Positions 31,101 to 46,375 of a stretch of DNA of 64,000 nucleotides are shown one piece after another (the first letter of the stretch is position 1; each line of letters begins with the position of its first letter). The notes under the pieces were generated by a model that ran no database searches, was not told where the DNA came from, and saw only the letters and a list, made by a program, of their open reading frames with translations. Both the position numbers and the translations under genes were made by a program. The stretch is from Chrysomallon squamiferum (Eukaryota; Animalia; Mollusca), in the NCBI GenBank assembly GCA_012295275.1, contig CM022676.1, forward strand, positions 3,534,001-3,598,000, read 5' to 3'.

Positions 31101-31239
31101 TACGTCACTATAACATTTTAAAATGATATATATATATATATTTAAAATTATATATATTTTTGCAATTCATTACATCGCTGTATGTCTACATGTGTTATAA
31201 AAGAAAACAGAGAATGGAAAAGTGACAGAGAAAGAAAGT

Positions 31240-31315
<76 letters not shown>

Positions 31316-31399
31316 TAACGTTTTACTAAAGTGTTTCACCAAAATATACGTTTAACACTAAATACTCTTTAACTCCTAATACGTTACAACCTCGTTGAC

Positions 31400-31560
31400 A
31401 AATCTGACTACGTTTAAGCCGTCTAATAATTTAACTTGAAGGTTATGGGTTCGAATCAGTCACGGGGGAAGTGGTTGAAAGAGAAAAACGCACACACCAC
31501 ACGAACTCTCTAACAGGAGACTATACCGTTAGTTCTTCGTATGCGTACTGTGACATTTAA
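31400..31560 (+). mobile_element. Possible tRNA-derived SINE remnant
   Basis: Pol III B-box-like GGTTCGAATC at 31448-31457; no clear A-box or cloverleaf; boundaries approximate. Confidence 0.3.
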
Positions 31561-31899
31561 AGAGACAGAATTGTAGCTTATCAATAATTAAGCAGGTATT
31601 ATGATTAACATTTTAATAATTAACATTTTTAACACTCATTAATGGCTTAATTAGCATATTTCATCGATTTTTGTTCTCTTGATTTGGTAACGTCTCATAA
31701 GCATCTTTCCTCATTTTTCTGGGGTTTTTTCTTCACGTTTTACACGTGGGTCTACTGTTAATATGTTCTTGGTTACGCCCTGTTTAAGCTTGATATATTG
31801 ACTAGCATGTTTTAAAACCATTCTGTATTTGACATCATAAAATATGATCAGAACTCAGATATGAAATAATCCATGAACTATTAATATTATCATCAGTAT

Positions 31900-31926
31900 T
31901 ATCGTCATCATTATAATTATTATTAC

Positions 31927-31972
<46 letters not shown>

Positions 31973-32103
31973 TTCATCATCATCATCATCATTACTATCA
32001 GCTTCATCATCATTATTATCATCATCATCATCATTATTACTACTATTAATATTGTTACTGTCAACATCGTCATCATCATGATCATCATTATTATTATTAT
32101 TAC

Positions 32104-32139
<36 letters not shown>

Positions 32140-32169
32140 TATAATTATTATTATTATTATTATTATTAC

Positions 32170-32211
<42 letters not shown>

Positions 32212-32214
32212 TAC

Positions 32215-32283
<69 letters not shown>

Positions 32284-32298
32284 TACTACTATTATTAC
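31900..32298. repeat. Long (ATT)n/(CAT)n/(ACT)n compound microsatellite
   Basis: Directly visible; source of the poly-N/D/I/M ORFs. Confidence 0.95.
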
Positions 32299-32712
32299 TG
32301 TATTGTATGTAACCTAGATTAATCACGACTAAGTATCTGTGGTTTTGTTCCGATACATTTACTGTCTTTGTTGTCAGCTCGTTTGACCTTGTTTCACTCG
32401 TGTGATTTTTTCATGTCAAGTCATGTGTAAATGTCGTATTTGTGAAAATTGACTTTTTACATCTCGGAGGGTGTGGAAAGATCATTTGTTGATTAATACC
32501 GATAAAACAAACGACATTTTGTCCTGTTAGTTTTGCGGTGACAAAAGAAACAACAGATACACGGGGAAAAATAGATGGACAGAGAGACAGAGAGAGAGAG
32601 ACAGAGACACAGAGAGACAGCTTTTAGATAGGTAGATTGATAGATACTCGGATAAACATAGAGAGTGACACAGAGAAAAGAGGCAGACATATTGATAGAT
32701 GGATCGATAGAT

Positions 32713-32820
<108 letters not shown>

Positions 32821-33307
32821 TAACAGATATTTGCAGCTATGTTACAAATACATATGTGGGTGTATGCATGTATGAGAAAGAGAGTATGCGTGCTGTTTGA
32901 ACTATTCATCGATCATTCGTTTATTCTTTTATTCACCTCTCATCATTTCGCATATCTGTCATTCATTTATGCTTTCCTTTGTGACTCATTCATTTCTTTT
33001 CTCATTTATCTCTCGTTCGTTCTTTTATTCGTTCATTGATTCGTCTCTCATTCATTCATTATTTCTCCATTTTGTCCACTTTTTTTTTTTTTTTTTTTTT
33101 TTTATTGTTCGGTACAAACAACCTCATATTCTCCGCTAATGTTTAATTCATGAATTAAAGACATTAATTTTTGTTTTTATTTGATTTTGTTCATGCAATA
33201 TGTTTCATTATTTATTATTTATTAAATGCATTTGATATTTATGCTACTGCCTCTTTGAAAATGGACTGAATCTATTTAACATTTTCAGCATTGTGTCACC
33301 TATTCAC

Positions 33308-33452
33308 GTAGGGATGTCGAACACATTCAATAAATTTACGAGGTCTCTATGGAAATGTGACGTAATATTTACGTGGATGATTTATTACGCTGTCTTATAC
33401 ATTTTTCATCAGTTGTAATATCTCTCCGTGACAGTGTGTTTGCGTGTGTGTG
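33308..33452 (+). mobile_element. 145-bp dispersed repeat, copy 1
   Basis: Matches 49861-50005 with 4 mismatches by eye; begins GTAGGGATGTCG and ends in a (TG)n-like tail. The repeat is certain, its class is not. Confidence 0.75.
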
Positions 33453-33580
33453 AATAAGAGAGTATGTGTGACAGTGTGTATGTGTAAATATGCGTGTGTG
33501 TGTTTTTGTTTAAAAGAACGAGGAAAAGAGAAACAAATACAGAAATAAATCAGGAGAATACGAGAGAGAGAAACCCAAAC

Positions 33581-33622
<42 letters not shown>

Positions 33623-33690
33623 GTTCAAAGGTAGAGAGATACAGAGAGAAAGAAAAGATAAAGAGGGACAGAAAAAAGAGAGCTAGAGAG

Positions 33691-33993
<303 letters not shown>

Positions 33994-34379
33994 GATACCA
34001 AGAGAAAGATAGAGCAAACTATACAGAGACAGTCTTCCTCTATAAAAGGTACAACCAATGATTCCCTCGGGCAGTTTAGCCACCACGTTTTTCACAATTA
34101 AATGGCCTGATTCACACAACATGAAGCGTGCACTGTCATAATTATACTAATTCGAAAGCAAACCAAATTACTGAAGGCGATGTCCTTCATCATGGAAGAG
34201 TCTTGTATTCAGGAATATAAGAAAGTGATGTTCTGTCTTTCGCTATCGTGTTTTCTCTTTGATAACAGTTACGTTCTCATCTTTGTTGTTATTGCGCAGA
34301 CAGGCATAGTTTGTTTGTTTTTACACACACACAGTCAGACACATGTACACATTAATATTTTGTATCTGAATGTTTCATC

Positions 34380-34437
<58 letters not shown>

Positions 34438-34574
34438 ACGGAAATAAATAAGTAAATAAATAGATACAAATCTAAAAAAACAGAGACGAAAGGAAATAAA
34501 AAAAAAAAAAAAAAATAAAAAAATAATTTTTAAAAAATACCAAAAATAAGTAGCAAAGCAAGTAAGCAACAAAA

Positions 34575-34633
<59 letters not shown>

Positions 34634-36310
34634 CACAAATGAATAAATAATATAAAGAGAGAAACAAGCAAAAAAAAACAAAGGAAATAAATTAACAAAT
34701 AAAAAAAAGACAAAATATTCTCGCGTGACACACTGACAATTTGACACGGCCATGCTCAAACACAATTTTTTTTTCTTTCTTTCAACAGACAAAAATTACA
34801 CCAAATGGCGAAGTTCGGACAATTAGAGGTAATTTTCACTTTCCAAGAATAGGTGACAGACAACTGAACAGTAGCGTGTGTCGTGTTTATGTAAAATTAT
34901 ACTGAAGCCTTTTGATTACATTAATACGTATAAATCGACTTTGTGTGACATGCATTGAAATGAAAAAAAAATAAAATAAAATAAAAATAAAGAAGGGAAA
35001 AAAAAAAGAAACATGCTAAACAGTAGTGTATTAAATTAATTTGTGATTTTCGTATAGCAAAGATGATACAGGTAACTTTAATTTGTTTGTTTGTGTGTGT
35101 GTGTGTGTGTGTGTGTCTGCGTGTTTGTATGCGTGTGTGAGGATCTGTATATGCACAACAGAAGTGTACGTGTGTATGTGTGTGTGTGTATGTGCGTTTG
35201 AGATGAAAGAAAGAGTCATAAAGTCACATACAACATAAAAGTACTCACACAGTTACAGACATATGAAAACGAAACATTAACAAGGCATATGTATGTGCTT
35301 ATATAGATACGTGTGTGTGTATATGTCAGAGTGTGTATACGTGTATCTGAATTTATTTTTGTATGTTGCTATATTTGTTTCCGAGTTATGCAAAAACACA
35401 AGTATATATTTACACATATACTATCTATATATAGTCGTATCTCATTTTTTCTGTCTGCAAGTATACTTGTGTGTGTGTTTGTGTTGTTTGTGGGTGTATA
35501 TACACATGCATTGATACACTATTATACTATTTGTTTATCATTTTTATTATTATTATTATTACTATTATTACTACTATTATTATTATTATTATTGTTATTA
35601 TTATCCTACTCTACCATCTTTTATTTCAATAACTCTGTCTGTCTTTCTTTCAGTGTCTCCATTCCTCCTTTTCTCTCTCTTTCATTCTCTCTCACTCCAG
35701 TTCCATCTCTTTCTCGTTATTTCTGTGTGTGTCTATCTGTCTGATTATATTTTGTCTCTATACCCCTGTCTTTCTGTCTCTTTCAATCTCTCTCGACGTA
35801 TTCTCCTCTGGTTTTCTCTTTTATGCAAAAACACACGATCCATTCAGCTTAGACAATAAGAGTACTTATTCCATTATACAAGTGACATGCGAACAAGATT
35901 TATATTTCGAATATTGTAAACTTTAGTTATTATATTGCATCTTTCTTTGACATGCAGATCAGGACTGGACCAATAAAACAACACCTGCTTTCTCTGCCCT
36001 TTACGGTCAGTACGAATCAGTTCTGTTATATTAATCGTGGACTGTGTGTGTGTCTGTGTGTGAAGCAGATATCAGAAGCCTTTGTGAAGCTTTCGTATTC
36101 ATTCACAATACGCATAGACTTCTGTAGTCGATGTCAATGAAATTAAAGTCGTGTACAGTTTTTTATAATTTACCTTATTTTGAAGAGCCAGGAAATAAGG
36201 CTGTAACGTAAAGTTTAAACTTATCATATCAACTTGTATGCGTAAAGCATAAATTTATCACATAACGTAAACTTATCGTATAAACTTGTATATGTAAAGC
36301 ACAAACTTTT

Positions 36311-36447
36311 CATATAAACTTGTATACATAAAGTATAAACATCATATAAACTTGTATACATAAAGTATAAACATCATATAAACTTGTATACATAAAGTAT
36401 AAACATCATATAAACTTGTATACATAAAGTATAAACATATCATATAA
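36311..36447. repeat. 32-bp minisatellite x~4 (CATATAAACTTGTATACATAAAGTATAAACAT) with degenerate flanks (~36205-36478)
   Basis: Units start at 36311, 36343, 36375 and 36407. Confidence 0.93.
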
Positions 36448-37205
36448 AATTTATATACGGAAAATATAAACTTATCACAGTGGGAGTTAAACTAACGCTT
36501 AATAATACTGGATCAGATCTTGTTCATGCTGTGCGTGCGTGCGCGCGCGCGTGTGTGTGTGTGTGTGTTTAACTATATATCTGTAATTATTTCTCTCTGC
36601 CTGTCTGTATATATATATATATATATATATGTAAATTTCTTTTCTTCTTTTTTATTTTCTTTTGGTCGTAAATATACGTGTATATATATTAACCCATTGT
36701 GTGGCGTATAGACACAACACGTTTTCAACACTATTATAAATTAATTACACAGATGTATATCACACTAAGTATATGAAATATTAGCCTTGCGCCACAATTA
36801 CCAGTTTAATATTAGACTGAATCGTTATCTGCATGCTACAGGACTTGTGTAGGTAAGCGCTGTCAACGAGGCGAAGTGATAACAGAACAATTAACAGATT
36901 CCCCGAGGCGGACTGAACTCGTTTACGAGGCACTAACTTGACTAGAATACACGTCAGCCTCTCTGTTGAATTCTGTCTGTGTGTGTGTCATTTTCTCTGT
37001 GTCATTTTCTCTGTGTTATATGTATATATACATATATATCAAAGACACACAGAGAGAACTACACACACACACACAAACACACAGATATGGTACCACTTGG
37101 AAAGAGAATACTGATTTTGTTCACGACAAAGATATTATCCTGTGACGTTTATTTGCTATTTACGTTTTTCAAAATATAATGTTTGTCTTATTGTCAAGAT
37201 ATATC

Positions 37206-37333
<128 letters not shown>

Positions 37334-37921
37334 CATGTATATACGTGTCTATGTATGTATGTATGCATATGATACATTTTGTTTTCACTAATGTACTTCA
37401 ATTCCGTTTAAAAGACATTAATTTCCACTGAACCGTTATCTTTTCAATAATCAGATGCCTATAGGTAATGGCGTTTTCCCTAATGAATAAAAAAAAAAAA
37501 AAAAATTTTTTTTTTTTGTTATCACACTATGCTGTCAGCACTCCTACACAAAGCTAATTACATAAATCAATTAATGGCCTATCAGAAAAGTCTAAAATGT
37601 ATTTACAGATGTCGTAACCTAGGGCTCTAGAACGAGGCACACTGACGTCATTATTACTACGTCATATGGCCTGTAACTAAGCACGCTGCTATTTTTTGAT
37701 GTCGCTACTGGCAATACTAACGGTTCGGCTGCTACTACACGTCTGCTACTACGCTACTGCTATTATTACTACTACCACAAGTACTACTACTACTGCTGCT
37801 ACAAATACTACGACTACTGTTGTCATAGTTGGTAGATTACTGCTACTACTATTACTACTACGCTGACATAGAAAATTATATAAATGGACTGATATAATCA
37901 GGCAGACAGATAATTTGATTA

Positions 37922-37979
<58 letters not shown>

Positions 37980-38039
37980 TTTTTGACATTCTAAGCGAAT
38001 TCTTTGTTTCTTTCGAGTTTAATCAATTTATTAGCTAAT

Positions 38040-38717
38040 GGAAAATATTCACAGGATATGCAGATATCCCTAGATCCATAATATACATTAACGTTCATCT
38101 TAAAGTCAGATCACCCTACACCTTAACGCTCCTCTCTGCAGAATCACACAGACATCTTTGACACACCCTGGAATACATCAGTTCTCAAAGAACCATATGA
38201 ACGTGTTAATTCTTAAAGAACCACATGAACGTGTTAATTCTTAAAGAACCATATGAACGTGTTAATTCTTAAAGAACCATATGAACGTGTTAATTCTTAC
38301 CGAGTCACATATACTCATCCTGGTTCCTTCCTATGAACAGGTTAATGTTTACAGAATACCAGGCACACCTGTAACCAGCCCACGAATGTATCAGTTCTTA
38401 CAGAACCGCGAACACACCACATCTGGAACCATTCTATACATTAACGTTCATCTCTACATAATCACCTGCACATCTCAGACCCACACACTGTGAAAACGTT
38501 CATTTTTACATAATCACATACACACCAGCCTGGATCTACCCTATTAATTCTTACTAAAATCACATATACATTCCTGGATACACCTATAAATACATACTAA
38601 TTTTTTGGAATCAAAATTCACACCTCTGGAATCACCCCATACATTAACGTTCATCTCTATACAATCACCTACACTTCCTAGCATTGCCCTGTGAGCAGAT
38701 TAATTCTTACAGGATAC

Positions 38718-38757
<40 letters not shown>

Positions 38758-38800
38758 ATCCACCCTGTGAATATACTAGTTCTTACAGAATTACCTAAAA
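38040..38800. repeat. Degenerate ~50-bp tandem array (~13-14 units)
   Basis: TTCTTACAGAATCAC-like core recurs about every 50 bp; ATACATTAACGTTCATCT appears three times (~38083, ~38437, ~38639). Confidence 0.75.
38187..38298. repeat. Young 28-bp minisatellite x4 nested in the degenerate array
   Basis: AAAGAACCATATGAACGTGTTAATTCTT at 38187, 38215, 38243 and 38271. Confidence 0.95.
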
Positions 38801-39086
38801 CCTGAGACCTAGTCTGGCGTCAAACAGACACGAAGGGGCGGCTTTAACGCCGGTGGAAGACAATTACAGACAGCGCTCGTCTGTTTTAAACTCCTTTTAT
38901 ATCCAGTATAAATCTTTATAAACGAGAGGATTCCTGACAAAGGCTTCTAGCGAATCCATATATTAATTCTCGCGTTGATGATGAAATATGCCGACAACAC
39001 GTTACAAGGCCACCTTCGACTCCGATGTACTTTTATTCGAGTTACTGTTAGCCACGCTAATTACGTTAACAGTATACTCAAGATGC

Positions 39087-39350
39087 ATTATCGTTATACG
39101 CAGTGACTACATTATCGTTATACGCAGTGACTACGTTATCGTTATACGCAGTGACTACATTATCGTTATACGCAGTGACTACGTTATCGTTATACGCAGT
39201 GACTACGTTATCGTTATACGCAGTGACTACGTTGTCGTTATACGCAGTGACTACGTTATCGTTATACGCAGTGACTACATTATCGTTATACGCACTGACT
39301 ACATTACCGTTATACGCATTGACTACCTTACCGTTTTATGCATTGACTAC
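39087..39350. repeat. 24-bp minisatellite x11 ([A/G]TTATCGTTATACGCAGTGACTAC)
   Basis: Near-perfect copies decaying at the right end; IVIRSDY period in the ORF track. Confidence 0.97.
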
Positions 39351-42300
39351 AAATTTAATTACACACGATGTATTACAGTTACAGATTATTTTTATGTAGG
39401 TTTAAACCTTTGTCCTATTTGTTGCGCAGTGTGTATATATGTCTTAACTAGATAATATGTTGGTGTTTTTTTCGGATACATTGCTTCTGGTTCATCTCTA
39501 AGTTTGTGTTACTAAGATGGTGAACATTTGGCTAAAGTATTTATTTCAGTATTTGAAATAGCCGCTTTAACATGTGCTAGGTTCATACTTTTTTCAACTG
39601 TTACTTCTAGTACAAATAGTGTAATTACTAAAAACAACAATAACAATAACAACGGCGATGACAACAACAAAATACTACGAATATTACAAACGTACAAAAC
39701 TGCAAGTAAAACTAAAGATAAAATCTAAACCGCAAAACTGTTAAGGAACTGGTCACTTTCCTGTAACACATTGCATGTATCTTGTAGGAATAGGAGGAAT
39801 CAATACGTGACCAAAGAGGTATCCAGGCAAAACGCCATTTCGTGAGTTCATGACAGGAATATCAATGGGAATCTTCCTCAGTACACAGGGCGTAGAAAAA
39901 AGAAACAAAAAATCACGAAGCATCAAAAGTTGCACTATCTGAAAGAGTCTAACTGTTGTATACTCATATTATTAACACTATTACCTCTACTACTATACTT
40001 CTGCTGTTACTACTATTAATTCTACTATCTACTATTACCACAATTACTGCTGTTGCTGCTGTTGTTAATAATTAAACTACTACTATTACTGCTACTGCTA
40101 CCCCTACGAAGGATTCAACTACTATTACCTCAACTACGGCTGCTACAGGTACTACTACTACTACTACTACTACTACTACACCTACCTCTACGATTTCTAT
40201 TACTACTACCACCTCCTCAATAATATTACTACTACAACCATCACCATCACATATACTCCCAGGACAACAGTTACTACTGACCCTGCTACTGTTACTACCA
40301 CTGATTGCTACAGTATACAGAGTGCGATATGTCAGCTGACATTTAACATAATTATTCCATATGGTCAGGCATGTTTCTCGCTATAATATAACACGGCTGA
40401 TTTCATTTGATGAAAATGTTTTGGGGTTCGTTGTACAGGCATATGGGTCAGTCTTAATCCATAGATAAATTTGTAGTTTTTTAACCAAATCATGTAAAAT
40501 GTCACTGAAATAGAATACTCGAATATATATGTATATATATACACATATATGCATACATATATGTACACAGACAAACACATATACACATGTACAAACATAC
40601 TTATTTACACTCTGTCCCTCTCTGTCTCTGTCTCTGTCTGTCTGTCTGTCTCTCGCTCTCACTCTCTCTAGTAGAACAGTATGATAATAATATTAATAAC
40701 AATAATAGTAAAATATTTGTAATAATAATATTAACAAAATATTAGTACCTTGAAACAAACAAACAAACAAACAAACAAAAAAACAAACAAACGAAACAAA
40801 AAATCTGTAAACGTCCTTTAGAATCTGTTTGATCATTACAACGAACAAAACTGGACACAACAACGTCACCTTGCCGAAAACCAATTCTTCCTCATATCTT
40901 TTTTTTTTTTTTTTTGCCGATTCCCCTGATGTTCGATTAATATCAAGTTATATCGAGAAGCAGACGGCAACAAAAAACGATCTTACGAAAGGCACGAAAA
41001 CGTATTAGAGTCTCAGGCTTTAACAGGTAATAAAACAGTATTTACAGGAAAACGTTCGGCGCCATATTGCTTCAAACACGACTGCATGTTCGTCCCTGTC
41101 ATTAAAAGCTCTGTTGATCTATTTATCGCGTCTTAAATGTTTTCTTAGCACGGACATCGGAAACAAAATGTCGACGAAAACGTGACAACGTGTAGCGTGG
41201 CGTGACGACAGGCAAGAAAGGAAAAAAAAAAAAAAAAAAAAAGAAGAAGAAGAAAAAAAAAAGTTTATTGTTTGGTATTTTTGTTTTTTTTTTCTTTTCA
41301 AACGAGACTGATTATATTGTTTTTGTAGATTAAAGAACAATGGTTGTATTTATGATGTTATCAGTAATATCAATAATAATAATAATGATGATGATGATAA
41401 TAATAATAATGATGATGATGATGATGATGATAATAATGATGATGACGATGGTGAAGGTTGAAATGATAAACTAGTATGATGATTAATGGTCAGTGAACTG
41501 AAGGTGTAAACTAGTATCATTAATATCAGTGAACTAAAGTGACTACTATTAGTAATAACAATGGTAAAAGTTGTACTAGGAGAAGTAGTAGTAGTAGTAG
41601 TAGAAGTAGTGACAGTAGTAGTAGTAATAGTAGTGGAGACAGTAGTAGCAGCTGCTTAGAAAATACTGTATTTGTACAGAAATATGACTTTAACTGTACG
41701 ATTTCAGAAATAAAATACCGTACTTTATACCGTACTCTCCCGTATTATATTATATTATATTAAAAAAATACATTATACACTATTTGTACAAAAACATGAC
41801 TTTCACAGTATTAAAATAAAATATATTGTAGTATACAGCAGACTCTGAATTATATTTTACTCTATCGCGCTGTATTATATTATATATTAGATTAATATTA
41901 CTTTATATTTATATTACATAATAATATTTTACATTACATTTTATCACATTAAATACATCACACATCATCACGGCACATCATACTTCACATTACACTATAC
42001 TTCACTGTACTATGCAACCTAAACTGCTCTAACAAGAATCATCCAATTACAAACCACGATCAGTAGTCACAGACGAAGTTTCAATCGCGATGAACGTAAA
42101 ATTAATATGAGGCGCGTTTATGTCGGAGAGTGTACGGTTTGTGACCGAACGATGATTACCGAAAATAGCCGAGCGATACTTCGTATTGGTCGAAAGAATA
42201 TCCGGATTTATTTTCTTTCAGTTCAGGTTCGGTGGAGTTAATGATATAAATCTGAGAATATTTTCATTGTGAGATTTTTCCAGAATGGCTATGTGAGAGA

Positions 42301-43130
42301 CGGCGAGTTCAATCCTCTGCAAGGGAAACTGTAAGAAGTGTGTGTGTGTGTGTGTGTGGGTGTGGGTGTGTGTGTGTGTGTGTGTGTGTTTGTATTTGTG
42401 TGTATGCTAATGTGTAGGTCCCTGCATATGTATATATGCACATATATATCTATATGTATGTATGTATGAATGGATATATGTGTGCATTTATATCTATATA
42501 TATATGTAATAAATATTTGCATGCAGTATATCAGCAGTAACTTTATACGATTTGTGAAAACTCCTTTTACAAAAAAGTGCACTTCTTTTCCGACCTTCCA
42601 TTAGGCAGATTCGTGTCACGTGACTGAAAATGCTGAATTGATATTTTTACGGAAGTCTTTTTGAGTTATTTTCAGCCATCGAAAAAAAAAAAAAAAAAAA
42701 AAAAATTGAAAATTGATTCACGAGTTGCAATACATTATACTTAATGGCCATAATCAGTTCAGCGTAAAAATTGAAAAGGAATTCTATTAATTCCTGAAAA
42801 AAAAAATCTGATTCTTTCCCATCTGCAGAAAAAAACCCACAAATGAGCCGGCTGGGATTTTCCCAAACACAGCGCATGAATTTCATATTAATAAAACAGT
42901 AAATAACTGATTGAAGAAACAATGAAAAGAATGAAAGAAGAAAAATGAAAAAAAAAAATAAATTCGGTTACTGTATTCAAATGTTTTAATTAATTGCATA
43001 TGCATACACACACAAAAATGAAATTGATAACAGTTGATTTTCTATTTGATAGATATAAATATACATTATAACATACAAACATACATAGATATAACTACGT
43101 ACGTACGAACGTACACACATATACATATAT

Positions 43131-43320
43131 AGGGTTGTCTTGATTGGCGACTGTTATCGTCGACGCTTTCCGAATACGGGCGAATGGGTGCCATAGGTTC
43201 GAGTCTCGTCAGCGGCATCTGACGAGGTTTGTGAGGTCGTAATTGGACCTCCTACCCCAGAGCGTTCCCGAATATTGACTATGTGCAGAGTCTATTCAGA
43301 CGTATATAACACAACAAATA
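43131..43320 (+). mobile_element. Probable tRNA-derived SINE or structured element
   Basis: GC-richer insert between (ATAC)n-type tracts; B-box-like GGTTCGAGTC at 43196; two strong hairpins downstream. Confidence 0.45.
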
Positions 43321-44164
43321 TTCACACCTAAATACATGCATACATACATACATGCATACATACAAATGTATTACAACTGATATGTAACAAATGAATTTGA
43401 TATTTTTTTTTTTTTTACTTTTACCATTACGATCACGAAAACCGCTTCGCGTTCAGCATGAATATTAAATTAGCCGTTTCCACCTACGACAATAGAAATG
43501 AAATGCACAAAGCAAACTACAGCTTGACAACAGATTGTCATCTACGTCATGCAGGAAAATAACACTTGAATGCCGGCGACTTCCGATTGTTTCCGAAAAC
43601 GTCGCCATCACGAAAGCGCCGACCAATCAAACGTCAGGACTCGTACACTTAGCAGCAGACGTTAAATATCGGAAGTGGCGTCAAGGGGCCTGTTTATGCT
43701 GTAATACTGAAACGTATTTTTGTTGAGTGTTGGATGAATGGTTGTGCAGTTGTTTAACAAGTTTCTCAGCGTGTTTGTTTTATCATTGTAAAGAACAGCA
43801 GTTATCTTAACGTGATTTTAGCAGACTTCACGAGACGTAAGAAAAAACACAAAAAAAAAAAAAAGATTTAAAAAAAAAAAATAAAAAAATAAAAAATAAT
43901 AATAAAAAATAAATAAATAGATAGTAAAATAAAATACTTATCTACAACCGCGGTAATTACAACGATGACGACTTCAGCTGCAGTAATAATGATAATAATA
44001 CTAGCAGTAATAGTAATAGAGCAGTGGTTTAAAGTAGTAGTAGTAGTAGTTGTCGTTGTAGTAGCAGCAGTAGATATAGTAGTAATAGATGTAGTTGTAG
44101 TAGTCGTAGTAATAATAATTTAAAGTAATAGTAGTAGCAGTAATAGTAATAATAATAATAATAA

Positions 44165-44195
<31 letters not shown>

Positions 44196-44370
44196 AAGAA
44201 ATACAAAAATAACAACAAACTAATACTTCAACAGCAACAACAACAACAATATCAACAACACGATTTACAATCAACAAATCAAGATTTTTTCATTCACCAT
44301 CACTCTAAACGTTCCAGCGATACCGCAGATTGCGCAATCTCTCTCTAACCACTGGGCCACACACAACCCA

Positions 44371-44458
<88 letters not shown>

Positions 44459-44729
44459 TCTCTCTCTCTCTCTGTCTCTGTGCGTTGTTAGCTCTAACAA
44501 GCGTGCTGAAAATGATGGCGTAGGCTGAACTTGGCGCTTATTAATGGCCAGGCACGGACATCTAGCCTAGAAATAAGTGTTATGAATGAACTGAAAGTAA
44601 TCTTAACCTAATTAACACAGGCGGGAGACGCAGACGAGAGAGAGAAATCTCCAGACTGCTGCTGGAACGCGTTGTGCACAGACAAATGACCTAGAGCGAG
44701 CGAGAACGAGAGAGAACGAGAGAGAACTA

Positions 44730-45145
44730 ATGGAAGAAAGGAAGAATGGATGAATAAATGAATGAAAGGAAGGAAAATACGTGGTACGACAGTGATTAAT
44801 TGATGAATGAATGAAAGAAAGAGTGAACGGGGGAAAGGAAGGAAGGATGGATGGATGGATGAATAAAATGGAAAAAATATTTGAGAATGAAATTGAATAG
44901 GTAACGAATAAACGAAGGAGCGAGTGAATGGAAGAAAGGAAGGATGGATGGATGGATGGATGAATAAAATGGAAAAAATATTTGAGAATGAAATTGAATA
45001 GTTAACGAATAAACGAAGGAGCGAGTGAATGGAAGAAAGGAAGAATGGATTGATGGATGAATAAATGGAAAAAAATACTTGAGAATAAAACTTATCAGTT
45101 AGCGAATACGTGAATGAACGAGGGAATGGAAGAAAGGAAGAAGCG
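44730..45145. repeat. ~100-bp purine-rich tandem repeat, 3-4 units
   Basis: TTGAGAAT anchors at 44881, 44982 and 45079; the first two of these units are nearly identical. Confidence 0.88.
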
Positions 45146-45626
45146 ACGGATGAAGAAAATTGAAAAAAAGAATAAATAAATAAAGGCATGTACGAATATA
45201 TCAAGTGATGAATAATAGTTGCCATTATAAAGCCAGTGAGAAATAATGATAATAATAATAACAATATATGCGGAATAATGACTTTAACCATAGGAATAAG
45301 AACTAAAATAGACGATGGATGTCATCAATAAAACATTAAAAGTAAAATAAATGCCACATTTTTCTCAACATAAAACTATTCCAGAACTAGACTGACACAA
45401 AACTTGAGAAAACAAGATTAACGTAAACCTTCATGACTCAGACAGATAACGAGATTAATGTAAAAAAAAAAAAAAAAATAAAATAAAAATAATAATAATA
45501 ATAATAAAAACTCAGGATTAAGACACACGCCATGATTTCAAACAACCACTTCACGAATAAGATCTGCAAAGAATCAACTCGTTTGACGAGAACAGAAAGT
45601 CATTAAAACTTTTATTCTGACCTTAA

Positions 45627-45668
<42 letters not shown>

Positions 45669-46130
45669 ATTTTCACGGATGTTTATGTTGGCTTATTAAT
45701 TTTTTGATTTCCACTAAAACGTCCGTCCGACTTTCTTCTTGTTTGCGTCTGTCCAAACAGACAAAGTTTACCGCGCTCCGCTTCCAGAGTCAATAGCGCG
45801 CGCGCGAATAATTGATTCTCTCCGCCATTGTGATATAATTTTCAAATTAAGCACGTATTTGTGCCGACGACTGATCGCTAGGTGGGCAAACACACAAGCA
45901 ATACTGCACAGATTCCGTACGCGTCTAAATTGGCTGTGTAAACAGTTACGTATTTTTTATTTTTTTATTTTGGCTTAATTTTCAAGTGGAAGCGTTTTGG
46001 TTTGTTATTAAGGGGAAATAAGTATTAGCCTTTATCGCTAGCGGTTCCTGGCGGGGTTTTTTGTTCGGGGGGGCTGGGGCCGGGATGGGGGCTTTTATTT
46101 TTGTATTGAAAAAAGAAGAAGAGAAATAGG

Positions 46131-46180
<50 letters not shown>

Positions 46181-46309
46181 TGTTTGCATTTAGTTTCTGT
46201 AAATGTTTGCTCTCTCTCTCGTGTGTGTGTATGTGCACTGATGTGTATAAATTAGTAATCTTATTGTGCGATAAACGAGAGAATGATATGTATTTTTAAT
46301 GTGTTAAAC

Positions 46310-46375
<66 letters not shown>

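Noticed and set aside
39753-39938. Minus-strand 60-aa ORF behind a CTCTTTCAG acceptor
   Set aside because: No recognisable homology, no convincing donor, and too short to support.
43196-43260. Hammerhead ribozyme (CUGACGA on both strands)
   Set aside because: No GAAA follows a proper stem II, and no three-way junction could be built.
44608-45291. 227-aa minus-strand ORF, the longest in the track
   Set aside because: It arises from the purine-rich ~100-bp tandem repeat; the F/S/I/P-rich composition reflects the repeat rather than a protein.
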